The notes beneath the pieces were generated by a model. It saw only the letters and a list, made by a program, of their open reading frames with translations. It ran no database searches and was not told the DNA's origin. Made by a program: the position numbers and the translations under genes. Positions 1 through 8,350 of a stretch of DNA of 35,987 nt are shown piece by piece (within the stretch, counting starts at the first letter, position 1; every line of letters begins with the position of its first letter). The DNA lies in the IMG/VR virus record IMGVR_UViG_3300033518_000152, positions 1-35,987 of that record. The stretch is one strand, 5' to 3'. This stretch comes from a virus. Its lineage: Duplodnaviria > Caudoviricetes.

Positions 1-46
1 CTAATTTCTCCAATTGCGCTTTTTGTTCTTTTGATAATTTTGTCAT
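1..46 (-). CDS. N-terminus of a gene running off the left edge (MTKLSKEQKAQLEKL...)
   Basis: ATG at 46-44 after an A/T-rich leader; frame open to the window edge; translated by hand, not in the ORF track. Confidence 0.6.
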   Translation of the reverse strand, partial: MTKLSKEQKAQLEKL

Positions 47-111
47 GATTTCTAAATTTATTTGCTGTTAATTATTAATTGTTAATTTTACGTATAAACC
101 TTGTTAATTTT

Positions 112-657
112 TTATTGTTCTAAATATTGCCTAATTTTTACCAATCCGTCATTTACTATTAGTTTGACTTCTAATTCCTTTTCGTACTTATACCGCTTGT
201 TGCTGAATTGAAATACCTTTTTGATATCGAAGTTATGAATGAAAAATATCTTCATCAACCTCTTTTGCTTTTTGTCTACAAATAAGTCAGACATACTTTG
301 AAAACCTAACTTGATATCTGTTCTGGAAATTTCTAAGGTATCGTGGCCAACGGACAAATCATATAATAAATCTATGTCCACAGTATCAATTTTCCTCATG
401 CTCCTAACTATATCAGCCACCTCATGTGACATTACCGTTCTCAAGTAGAATTCAATCGGGATAGGTTTCATTCTGCCTGTTTGTTTATATAGTATGCATT
501 TTCTAGCATAACTTTTAATGGAAAGAAATAGCTTTATTTTCAATTCCTGTTTCACATCATCTAATTCCATCGCTTGTCGATTGATTAGCCTAACTCTGCG
601 AGCATAGCTTTCTGCTAAGTACTCATACCGTTTGAAATACACTTCTACTTTTGACAT
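112..657 (-). CDS. Putative phage RNA polymerase sigma factor (sigma70 region 2-like)
   Basis: N-terminal YEYLAESYARRV...MELDDVKQELKIKLF and FYLRTVM resemble sigma70 region 2; SPO1/Twort-like phages encode sigma factors near replication genes. Confidence 0.55.
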   Translation of the reverse strand: MSKVEVYFKRYEYLAESYARRVRLINRQAMELDDVKQELKIKLFLSIKSYARKCILYKQTGRMKPIPIEFYLRTVMSHEVADIVRSMRKIDTVDIDLLYDLSVGHDTLEISRTDIKLGFQSMSDLFVDKKQKRLMKIFFIHNFDIKKVFQFSNKRYKYEKELEVKLIVNDGLVKIRQYLEQ

Positions 658-658
658 A

Positions 659-877
659 CTAAAAACTTTCTGAAAAGAATATTTGTAAAAACTCGTCTAA
701 TTCTTCAAGGTCAAACTTTCCTAATGATTCTCCGTTTAGGTCGACTTGCGCCCCTATGACTTGACCTGATTCATTTTTGAAGTACGTCACTGTTACATCG
801 TCTCCTTTTCTGATCGAAATTTTTCGAGTGGTAACAATTTGAGTGTCTCTTTCTGATTTAAAAATTCTTGGTTCCAT
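659..877 (-). CDS. Hypothetical protein (72 aa)
   Basis: Tightly packed and co-oriented; stop lies 1 nt from the next start. Confidence 0.7.
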   Translation of the reverse strand: MEPRIFKSERDTQIVTTRKISIRKGDDVTVTYFKNESGQVIGAQVDLNGESLGKFDLEELDEFLQIFFSESF

Positions 878-904
878 CTGCTTGGTTTTATAAATTGTTA
901 ATAA

Positions 905-1243
905 TTATCCTCCGTACATCATTGCTCTGTCCATATCTGACTCAGACCACCATTGTCCGTCTCTGCCCTTAATATAAGGTCGGTTGTATTTTTCCATAGC
1001 TTGCATTTGCTCGGTGTAGAAAGTTTGGTCGAAGTAAAGCATTATTCTTTCTGGTTGGTCTTCAATCCAAGCCTCAAATTTGCTGATGTGACCGTTGCAG
1101 TCACCAAGTGGACAAGTTACGTAATTAACCGCTTTGGCTAATAACTTGTTTCCTGTTCTAAAAATTCGTTTGATTTCTTTTCTTGAAAGTCTTGAAGTTG
1201 AATCTTCAAATTCGTTTTTTGCAAAGAGAGATACGCTGCTCAT
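905..1243 (-). CDS. Hypothetical protein (112 aa)
   Basis: Co-oriented ORF preceded by a promoter-like intergenic region. Confidence 0.7.
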   Translation of the reverse strand: MSSVSLFAKNEFEDSTSRLSRKEIKRIFRTGNKLLAKAVNYVTCPLGDCNGHISKFEAWIEDQPERIMLYFDQTFYTEQMQAMEKYNRPYIKGRDGQWWSESDMDRAMMYGG

Positions 1244-1292
1244 GGTGTGAAATTTTCCGTTGTTAAATTATGTTGTAAACTTAATTACGTAG

Positions 1293-1300
1293 TAAAGGTA
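1293..1300 (-). promoter_or_regulatory. Candidate Bacteroidota-type -7 promoter element (TACCTTTA)
   Basis: One mismatch to the TAnnTTTG consensus; in an AT-rich intergenic region about 50 nt upstream of ORF 905..1243. Confidence 0.4.
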
Positions 1301-1383
1301 TTATAAATTAAATTAACGACCTAATTTTTACCAAAGTTTTTTTTAAACTTTTTTTATGTTCCTCGCTCTTATAGGGTTTCTTA

Positions 1384-1839
1384 TCAAAGAATCCTTCTAA
1401 TAAAATTCAAGTCAGTGGTTATTTCTTCCCCCCTTGAGTTAGAAACGACGCAACTTTGATTCGGTAAATCGTATGAAATTAATTTAACTCCTCTTCCATT
1501 GAAAGAGAAATTGGCTCCTACCCAATAATAAAAATATTTGTCTTTATTGGTAAGTTCTTTTGGTAGGCCAAATTCGCTATAGAATTCTTTTTCTATTTCG
1601 CCAAGCACCTCGCCATCATTGAACATATTTGATAGGCTATTAGCGTGACTAATATCCATTATCTTTTCTTCTTTGTATTTTAGTATCTCTTTGAACTTTT
1701 CTTTGTCAGCTCTGGACGGATAAATCTTCGTCCTGAATTGGTATAAAAGATATTCGAGTTGTAGCTTGTTAAAGTAGTCAAAAAGTGACAGATTCGTTTC
1801 GCTCATAATATTTCCCGTTTCGATAAATTTTTCTTTCAA
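1384..1839 (-). CDS. Hypothetical protein (151 aa; TTG start, or ATG at 1806)
   Basis: Long ORF directly downstream of the primase gene. Confidence 0.75.
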   Translation of the reverse strand: MKEKFIETGNIMSETNLSLFDYFNKLQLEYLLYQFRTKIYPSRADKEKFKEILKYKEEKIMDISHANSLSNMFNDGEVLGEIEKEFYSEFGLPKELTNKDKYFYYWVGANFSFNGRGVKLISYDLPNQSCVVSNSRGEEITTDLNFIRRIL

Positions 1840-1853
1840 TCTAATAATAGCTG

Positions 1854-2804
1854 TTAAAGGTTTCTAACAGTTTTCCTATTGAAATCTCTAGGACTTTTCA
1901 GATTGTAAAATATCTGCTCTATTTCTGAGTCAGTGCTTTCGTTTATATCTTTTGCAAAAGTGAAACCAACTTGCACGTTAAAGTATTTATTTAGTTCCAA
2001 TGAAAACTTTTTCATTTCCCGGATAGCGTCTCCATCAAAAATCAATATGATGTTTTTTATTCCCTTACCCAATATTTTTAAGATTTGACTTTTTGATATT
2101 TTCTTACCAAATGTAGCGCACGCTTTTATTTCTTCACTCTCATTTAAATGTAAGAAATTATCCAACGTATTTTTATCAATCAATCCCTCAACTAAAATAA
2201 TGGTTTGTGTATTTTCTGTAACCTTTTCAAATCCGTACAGTAACTTTGAAAATATTGCCCCCTTATCGTTTCTGTATCTAAGTATCTTTTTCTTTTTGGA
2301 TTCGGGAATAGGTTTTGAATATCTGGCGATATACCCTTTACAGCCTTCATCATCATTGATAGAAAATATTATGTAATCTCTGAGTTTGGGGAGCAAGTTT
2401 GTTATACCTATTATATTATCTTGGAAATTCTTTTTGGTGTATTTTCTAGTCTTCAAATATTCATTACTATATATACGTTTGAAACCTATTGGTAATTTTC
2501 GTATTTCGGTAACTACTGAAGAGTCGTCGTCATTAGTATCATTTTCATATTCGGCCAACATTTTAATCTTTATTCTTTCAATGCTTTTGAAATCTCCTAA
2601 AAGAAAAAGTTTATCAAGGAAACTTAGAAGTTTAAAAATATTACCATCTTCCCCGCAAGATTTGCAATCCCATTGTTGGGTTCCCCTATTAATATAAAAA
2701 TGGCTTGACTTACCACAAAACGGACAATCCGTTATTATATGGTTTCTTGGGCCATTCTTTATTTTGGGAAATAAACTTTCTAAATCTTCTTTGGATAGTG
2801 TCAT
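1854..2804 (-). CDS. DNA primase (Zn-binding domain plus TOPRIM)
   Basis: CPFC...H...WDCKSCGEDGNIF zinc ribbon; ILVEGLID and LIFDGD TOPRIM motifs; adjacent to helicase. Confidence 0.93.
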   Translation of the reverse strand: MTLSKEDLESLFPKIKNGPRNHIITDCPFCGKSSHFYINRGTQQWDCKSCGEDGNIFKLLSFLDKLFLLGDFKSIERIKIKMLAEYENDTNDDDSSVVTEIRKLPIGFKRIYSNEYLKTRKYTKKNFQDNIIGITNLLPKLRDYIIFSINDDEGCKGYIARYSKPIPESKKKKILRYRNDKGAIFSKLLYGFEKVTENTQTIILVEGLIDKNTLDNFLHLNESEEIKACATFGKKISKSQILKILGKGIKNIILIFDGDAIREMKKFSLELNKYFNVQVGFTFAKDINESTDSEIEQIFYNLKSPRDFNRKTVRNL

Positions 2805-4162
2805 CAGTCAATCACATAATCAATTGTTCTATTTTTATCATAAAATCTCGAACGTTTGAAATTCGTAACTACAGTGGTCACTTGACCAGATTGATAGTCC
2901 CTAATTTTATCAGCGTAAATTCTAATGATTGAAGCGTAATCGCCCTCTTCATTTTTATTTTTCTTTTCGTCATAGGTTTGATTAAAAGTATAGAAATAAT
3001 CAAATGCCCTAATTTTCCCCTTGTCTTCTGATAGGTACTCTCGAGTCATAACGAAAGAAGAATCATTTTTCAAGTCACTTTGTAAATTGGAAGCCTGAGT
3101 GACTGTTGCCAAAACCAAGTCTTCTTCCATAGCTATTTCTTTAAAGTGTTGTGCTATCTTTTGTTGACGGAATCTCTCCATATTTGGCCCATAATTTATT
3201 CCATCATCTAAATCACAAAGTTCAAGGTAATCAATACAAACTAAGCCAATGTCTCCATATAATTTCTTAGCTTCTTTAATGCTTTGCCTTATTCCCATAG
3301 TACTTATGCCTCCGAATTTTTCAAATGCCTCTACGTAAATTTCGCCTTTCATTCTCTTCAAAGCCGAATTTATTTTCTTTCGCTTTTCAGCCTCGTCGAC
3401 TCCAATGTTTGCATTTTTTATTTCATGATACGGTAACCCCGACCAAGCGGCATCCATACGAGTCATTACTTGTTTCTTAGTTCCCTCAATTTGAAAGAAT
3501 AAAACGTTCTTGCCAGATACTGCCGTTCTTACGGCATAATGTATCATGAATTGAGATTTGCCTATCCCGGATTCTGATAATGCTAAAACGGTTTCGCCCC
3601 TTTCCGGACCGCCAAGCGTATCTTCATCCATCTTATCAATATAAAAAGGTATTTTGTCTCCTTGATTTTCAGGATTCTTTCGCTCCTCATAACGTTCATT
3701 AAATTCAGAAAACAACTTTGTAAAAACTTTATCGTGTAAAGATAGCGTTTCAATCATTTGAGAGCCTTTCCTAAAAACATCCAACGCTTTATCTTGTTCG
3801 CCCCTATTATAAAGTTCAGCCGACTGTTCGAACGCTTCAACATACATACTTTCTTTTATGTATTGCTGTAACGATAAAATCAAATCTTTAGCTAAAACTT
3901 CATCGCTTGATTTTATATCATAAATAAAATCCCTCACATCAGAATCTTTACGCATTTCAGCTTGTATCAATCCTAAAGAGGGAGTTCTATTTTTGTCGTA
4001 ATAAAGTTGAGTCGCCTTTTTCCAAAATTTCTTTTCGTAATCGAATGTCAAATAAGAATACTTCAGATACTTTATCAAAGTCTCAAAAATCATTTCTTCT
4101 TTGAACGCACACTTGAATAATTCTAATACAAAAGTATCCGCCAATTTATTTTCTTTCGCCAT
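2804..4162 (-). CDS. Replicative DnaB-like (SF4) helicase
   Basis: Walker A SESGIGKS, FFQIEG, Walker B VCIDYLE, ATVTQ, DKIRD; overlaps the primase start. Confidence 0.92.
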   Translation of the reverse strand: MAKENKLADTFVLELFKCAFKEEMIFETLIKYLKYSYLTFDYEKKFWKKATQLYYDKNRTPSLGLIQAEMRKDSDVRDFIYDIKSSDEVLAKDLILSLQQYIKESMYVEAFEQSAELYNRGEQDKALDVFRKGSQMIETLSLHDKVFTKLFSEFNERYEERKNPENQGDKIPFYIDKMDEDTLGGPERGETVLALSESGIGKSQFMIHYAVRTAVSGKNVLFFQIEGTKKQVMTRMDAAWSGLPYHEIKNANIGVDEAEKRKKINSALKRMKGEIYVEAFEKFGGISTMGIRQSIKEAKKLYGDIGLVCIDYLELCDLDDGINYGPNMERFRQQKIAQHFKEIAMEEDLVLATVTQASNLQSDLKNDSSFVMTREYLSEDKGKIRAFDYFYTFNQTYDEKKNKNEEGDYASIIRIYADKIRDYQSGQVTTVVTNFKRSRFYDKNRTIDYVID

Positions 4163-4681
4163 TTATTCTAATCGTTTCATTTTGTTATTAAATTTCACCA
4201 AATATTCTCGCTTGTCGTTATGTAAGATAAACACAGAAGTTGTTTCCGAAGCGTAATCTGTTTCTGTGGCACTATTCCTGATAATCCATTCTTCATTATC
4301 GAATTTCTCCAAGCCTAATTCTTTCAGCCGACTACTCATCATAAATCTAACCGCCTTTTTAAAAGTATTTGAATTGTAATATTTTAAAGAGTTTGGATTT
4401 TTGATTAATAAATCTCTTATTTGTTCGAAGCCTTTAGAAGTTATTCTTACGATAGGCACCGAACCTATAAACCCTGAATTTTCAATGTCTGACTTATAAA
4501 CTTCAAACCACCCCTTACTCATATACTTATCCATGGGCAAGTTTCTATTTCCCTGTTTGAATAAGATATTTTCTTTTCTTAGAAGTTCTAAGAGTTTAAC
4601 ATTGGTGGTACCAAGAATCTTCGCCGTTTCGTGAAACGATAAATTTCTTTCGAATTTGAATTTCAAAATAGTCAGAGACAT
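4163..4681 (-). CDS. Phage antirepressor KilAC (ANT) domain protein
   Basis: ETAKILG...KLLELLRKENIL...NLPMDKYMSKGWFEV...VRITSKGFEQI follows the KilAC pattern. Confidence 0.8.
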   Translation of the reverse strand: MSLTILKFKFERNLSFHETAKILGTTNVKLLELLRKENILFKQGNRNLPMDKYMSKGWFEVYKSDIENSGFIGSVPIVRITSKGFEQIRDLLIKNPNSLKYYNSNTFKKAVRFMMSSRLKELGLEKFDNEEWIIRNSATETDYASETTSVFILHNDKREYLVKFNNKMKRLE

Positions 4682-4682
4682 T

Positions 4683-4835
4683 TTATAATGAATTTATCAG
4701 TTTGCTTCGCTCTTCTTTTAAACTTTGTAGTTCTAATACTTGATGTGTTTTAATCCTACCTTTCAACTGTTGCTCTTTTTCGATAGCTTCAACTTCTTTG
4801 TTGATTTTCTTTAAATTTAAAATAGTTACTTCCAT
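4683..4835 (-). CDS. Small coiled-coil hypothetical protein (50 aa, MEVTILNLKKINKEVEAIEKEQQLKGRIKTHQVLELQSLKEERSKLINSL)
   Basis: Translated by hand; fills the gap between its neighbours with 1-2 nt spacing; below the ORF-track cutoff. Confidence 0.7.
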   Translation of the reverse strand: MEVTILNLKKINKEVEAIEKEQQLKGRIKTHQVLELQSLKEERSKLINSL

Positions 4836-4837
4836 TG

Positions 4838-5056
4838 TTATTTGTTTTCGGGATTAAATGCTTTATAATTAGCTAATGAATATTTTTGTACTTTTTTAGA
4901 CGCTTTTGATTCACCATCTAATATAGCTTGATGTGCTTCTTTTAATGTTAGATTAACGAATTTCAAATGTCTATTTAATTCTCCTGTTATCGGATACGGC
5001 TTATTAGACCACTCTTTCCCGTCTTCTGATATGTACATTCCTTGCACTTCCCTCAT
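4838..5056 (-). CDS. Hypothetical protein (72 aa)
   Basis: Co-oriented, tightly packed ORF. Confidence 0.65.
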   Translation of the reverse strand: MREVQGMYISEDGKEWSNKPYPITGELNRHLKFVNLTLKEAHQAILDGESKASKKVQKYSLANYKAFNPENK

Positions 5057-5101
5057 ATCCGAACCATCTCTTGTTTTTCCTGTATAGAAGGCATATCGTT
5101 T

Positions 5102-5710
5102 TTATTTATTAACCATGTATCCTCTTGAAATATAAATTTTTGGATACAATACTTTTAACATTTGTTTACATTCTACGCTAAAATCACAAATCAAGCAATT
5201 CTTACTTTTGTGATTATATAAATTCGTCATCATCTGACAATAAATAAATCCATTCTCTTCATTCAAAAACCTTTCTTTATTAGCTTCTTCGATCTGGTTG
5301 GTTTTTGTTATTAAGTCTGACCAATCTTCGGTTTTCTTTTCCGTATCTCGTAAATCGTGAAAGGTTTTTAAGTTCTTTCTAACTATAAAATTGAGGTGCT
5401 TCTTATTAGCCTTTTTCCAATGCTCTAAAGCAGTTTTGCCGATAATCCAATTAAGTTGTATGGACTTATTTTTATCAAAGTTTACACTGTGGGTGTAGAG
5501 CTGATTGAATTGAAAACTAAAATAGCTATCAACCGCCTTTTTCTGTAAAAGGTTTGTTTTGTTTAATTCTTTAAATTCTATTACGAACTTGTGAATCATT
5601 ACGGAGATAGCATCAGAGTTTTTGAATATGAAATTCTGCTTACCTGAAATTTTCTTGTAGAAAAAGGTAAATGTATCCACTATCATTCTAAGCTCTTTTT
5701 TATTCTCCAT
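5102..5710 (-). CDS. Hypothetical protein with C-terminal Cys cluster
   Basis: 202-aa ORF; YC...NCLICDFSVEC near the C-terminus suggests metal binding. Confidence 0.75.
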   Translation of the reverse strand: MENKKELRMIVDTFTFFYKKISGKQNFIFKNSDAISVMIHKFVIEFKELNKTNLLQKKAVDSYFSFQFNQLYTHSVNFDKNKSIQLNWIIGKTALEHWKKANKKHLNFIVRKNLKTFHDLRDTEKKTEDWSDLITKTNQIEEANKERFLNEENGFIYCQMMTNLYNHKSKNCLICDFSVECKQMLKVLYPKIYISRGYMVNK

Positions 5711-5849
5711 AAGTATGGTGCTTTATAAAATCAAAACTCGAGTAATCATCTCGATTAAAATCTTGTTTCTTAGTTTCTTCCAACGCTTCAATTAACTCTG
5801 TATTAAACTTTTGGAGATTTGCAATGCTTCAAAAGAAATATTTAGCTGC
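5700..5849 (-). pseudogene. Orphaned 3' half of the zinc-finger gene interrupted by the cassette (AAKYFF*SIANLQKFNTELIEALEETKKQDFNRDDYSSFDFIKHHTYGE*)
   Basis: Continues the frame of ORF 6237..6461 once the 444-bp insert is removed; contains one internal TGA; its TAA overlaps the start of the next gene. Confidence 0.6.
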
Positions 5850-6222
5850 TATGCCGTTGGACACCCTGCAACATATCAATCAACATTAACAATTGCCACA
5901 TTTTATCAATCTTGATTTCTTGAAATTCTGTTCCTTGAACTATCTCAACTGTTGTGCTTTGACATTTGTATGTATCAAGTGCTTCAACGAACTTGAAACT
6001 ATCAGTAATATGAATTTCAAGGTTACCGACAATTTTCTTTTTGTATGTGACAATTTTTAATGAGTAATATTCATCTGTTGCAAGGTCCTTATCATAATCA
6101 AATTTACATTCAAAGCCGTATTTATCTTCCAAATGAGTGGACACGATAGGCACAGCAGCTAACAAGGTATTGGCAAAATTGCCGTTTTCGGCTTTATTCG
6201 ATGTTGGTTTTGTACTTTCCAT
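5842..6222 (-). CDS. Cassette-borne hypothetical protein (126 aa)
   Basis: Start lies inside the attC-like element, so the N-terminal ENGNFANTLLAAVP is encoded by the attC arm; the stop TAA lies in the distal core site. Confidence 0.75.
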   Translation of the reverse strand: MESTKPTSNKAENGNFANTLLAAVPIVSTHLEDKYGFECKFDYDKDLATDEYYSLKIVTYKKKIVGNLEIHITDSFKFVEALDTYKCQSTTVEIVQGTEFQEIKIDKMWQLLMLIDMLQGVQRHSS

Positions 6223-6285
6223 TTTCTGTTTTTAATTTAAAGATTAGGTCTTATTTTATCGACAATAAGACAAAGCCGTATAACG
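5842..6285. mobile_element. Integron-type gene cassette (444 bp) inserted in the phage genome
   Basis: TTAGCTGC direct repeat at 5842-5849 and 6286-6293; the left end TTAGCTGCTATGCC is 13/14 complementary to the R''-like GGCACAGCAGCTAAC at 6149-6163, as expected for a circularisable cassette. Confidence 0.7.
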
Positions 6286-6293
6286 TTAGCTGC
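6155..6293 (+). repeat. attC-like recombination site (139 bp imperfect inverted repeat)
   Basis: GCAGCTAAC (6155-6163) and GTTAGCTGC (6285-6293) are perfect inverted core sites with the conserved AAC/GTT triplets; the inner arms (GGTATTGGCAAAATTGCCG and CGACAATAAGACAAAGCC) pair imperfectly; length is within the attC range. Confidence 0.72.
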
Positions 6294-6461
6294 CATGTCA
6301 CATTCATAACACTTTATTATCTTGAGCCTAATATTATATCTAAAACATCTGTTGGTTTTACCATCGTACTTACAAACGGGACAATAGCTTAAAATATAAA
6401 CATTCTTGTTTATTTTCGATTGCCTCAAATATGGATTCCAATGTCTTAAAATTTCTAACAT
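6237..6461 (-). CDS. Primase-type zinc-ribbon protein, C-terminally truncated by the cassette
   Basis: YCPVC...CFRYN...KCYECD; the final residues (NVIRLCLIVDKIRPNL) are read from the attC arm. Confidence 0.65.
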   Translation of the reverse strand: MLEILRHWNPYLRQSKINKNVYILSYCPVCKYDGKTNRCFRYNIRLKIIKCYECDMAANVIRLCLIVDKIRPNL

Positions 6462-7948
6462 TATTTGTTATTTTCTGATAGCCATTCAACGATTGATTCT
6501 TCTATTTCTATCCAATCTCCATCGTTATAAATTTCTATCCTGTTTTTACCTATCTGTTCATCGTATAGTTCTAAGCGTTCTAAACTATGTTTTGAAAAGT
6601 ACTTTGACCCAACATCTAAAATATCAATTACGATAGACCTTGTTTTAGTATCGGTTGCCCCTAAAACTCGCCCAAATTTTTGTTGAACGTTTATCTGCTC
6701 CAATCCGCCATCTGATATAACTACCAACTCGACTTCCGGAAGCGTGATTCCTTTCTTGTAAATGTTTGATGCTAATAAAATACCGCCTTTCTTTTCCAAG
6801 AATTTTACCTTTTGTTTTTCCCTTTCTTCAGTTTTATCATCACCAGAAATGAAAACGCAATTTGTTAATTCTGAAACGATGTTACCGTGAATTTTGGAAT
6901 TGAATAAAAACAGAGCCTTTATTTTATTTCTTTTGCATAATTTAACAATATTCACTAATATCATATTCCTTTTATTATTTTCGTGAATCGATAATCGTAA
7001 ATAATCGTGGTAGCTTGTCGCCCCAAGTTGACGCCCAATTTGATTTGATATCAGTATCGCCTTATCCATAGAAAGATATCCCTCTTTTTGTAAGGTTTTC
7101 TTTTCAACATTATATGCCACACCGCCAAAAAATCCTTTTACTTTAAGAGCTGAAAGAATATCATTGTTTCTAAACGGAGTTGCGGACAGCCCCATTAAAA
7201 ATTTAAGGTTTGTTGCTTTGTTATAAATGTTCAGCCTTTTCTGGCTTGAGGTATCTTGAACCTCGTCCACAATCAGCATTGTAAGTTTTCTCATCACTGA
7301 ATTGAGAGCCTTTAATTTTACAGCGTCTTTCTTTTTACCGAAATAAATCGAATTCAACGTTTGAACCATTGCGATTGTAACATTTTGGGGATTGAATTCT
7401 TTTGCGTTTATTTTACCTAATTCGTTTTCATCAATTTTCAGAAACTTAGCGAATTCTTTAATGGTTTGATTAAACAAATCAACACCATCCACAATAAACA
7501 TTACTTGGCATTCCGGGATTTGGTATTGTAAATTTTTTACGGCAGAAGTCGCTATAAATGTTTTTCCTCCACGAGTTGGTACAATAACTATTCCTACATT
7601 GTTTTTGAAAAATTTTCTAACCGCCTCAGATTGGTATTCTCTATCGTCTTCATCAAAGACTAATTGCTCTTGATTTATTGGTACTTTCTCGTATTCTATA
7701 TTGTAAACGCAATTTATATCGTTCTCTTTGAATGCTTGTCTTAATTCCTGAGTGAGCCCCAAGTCAAATTCGTTAGCTTTATCGTATAATCGTATAAAAC
7801 CGTCCCAATGTCCATTTCTGTATGCTGGATGAAAAATGGCGCCCTCACTCCAAATTCTCATTATGCTGTCTACGACTACTTGTTCTTCTTCTTCTTCTTC
7901 TATGAAAAACCGCCCTCTGTTGAGTGATATTCTCGTTATTGTTACCAT
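6461..7948 (-). CDS. SF2 DEAD/DEAH-like helicase (UvsW-like)
   Basis: REYQ Q-motif, PTRGGKT, IVDEVQ, GLSATP, KGITLP, QKFGRVL. Confidence 0.93.
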   Translation of the reverse strand: MVTITRISLNRGRFFIEEEEEEQVVVDSIMRIWSEGAIFHPAYRNGHWDGFIRLYDKANEFDLGLTQELRQAFKENDINCVYNIEYEKVPINQEQLVFDEDDREYQSEAVRKFFKNNVGIVIVPTRGGKTFIATSAVKNLQYQIPECQVMFIVDGVDLFNQTIKEFAKFLKIDENELGKINAKEFNPQNVTIAMVQTLNSIYFGKKKDAVKLKALNSVMRKLTMLIVDEVQDTSSQKRLNIYNKATNLKFLMGLSATPFRNNDILSALKVKGFFGGVAYNVEKKTLQKEGYLSMDKAILISNQIGRQLGATSYHDYLRLSIHENNKRNMILVNIVKLCKRNKIKALFLFNSKIHGNIVSELTNCVFISGDDKTEEREKQKVKFLEKKGGILLASNIYKKGITLPEVELVVISDGGLEQINVQQKFGRVLGATDTKTRSIVIDILDVGSKYFSKHSLERLELYDEQIGKNRIEIYNDGDWIEIEESIVEWLSENNK

Positions 7949-7964
7949 TTCCGTATTTTTCCCG

Positions 7965-7972
7965 CAAAGTTA
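7965..7972 (-). promoter_or_regulatory. Bacteroidota sigmaA -7 element (TAACTTTG) upstream of the helicase operon
   Basis: Exact TAnnTTTG match, 16 nt upstream of the helicase ATG; no clear -33 TTTG. Confidence 0.6.
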
Positions 7973-8350
7973 ATTATTTTAGTCTAAACCTTGTACTTGG
8001 TCAATGTCTCTCGCATAAAACAGGAAATCTAAAATTCTTATTTCAGAAGGAGAAAGGTAAAGAAGAAGAGATGAGCTCTTGCCCCCCTTTCCCCCTTATT
8101 GGTAGAACCCAATAGAAGTACTCAACAGCTAAAAGCTCAAAACCTCAAATTCCAAATATTCATCGGATTTTAGGTGACACGTGCACAATTTAATTAGCTT
8201 ACCCCCATTATCCCAGTCGAGTGCGGTCGTGTTCTTATAATGAAGTCGTGGTTCCTTTTTGGCAAATGTGCCTTAGTATTGCAGGACTGAATAGTAAACC
8301 TTGAGGAAAGAAAAACTTTTTTACAAGGTTTTTTGAATTAAAATTGCACT

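Noticed and set aside
5700-5849. Stop-codon reassignment suggested by the in-frame TGA
   Set aside because: Long genes are intact under code 11 and TGA terminates genes such as DnaB and 20200..21708; pseudogene decay is simpler.
7924-8115. 63-aa plus-strand ORF containing KEKGKEEE...PPFP
   Set aside because: It overlaps the helicase start and promoter, and its composition is explained by the purine/pyrimidine tracts of the spacer.
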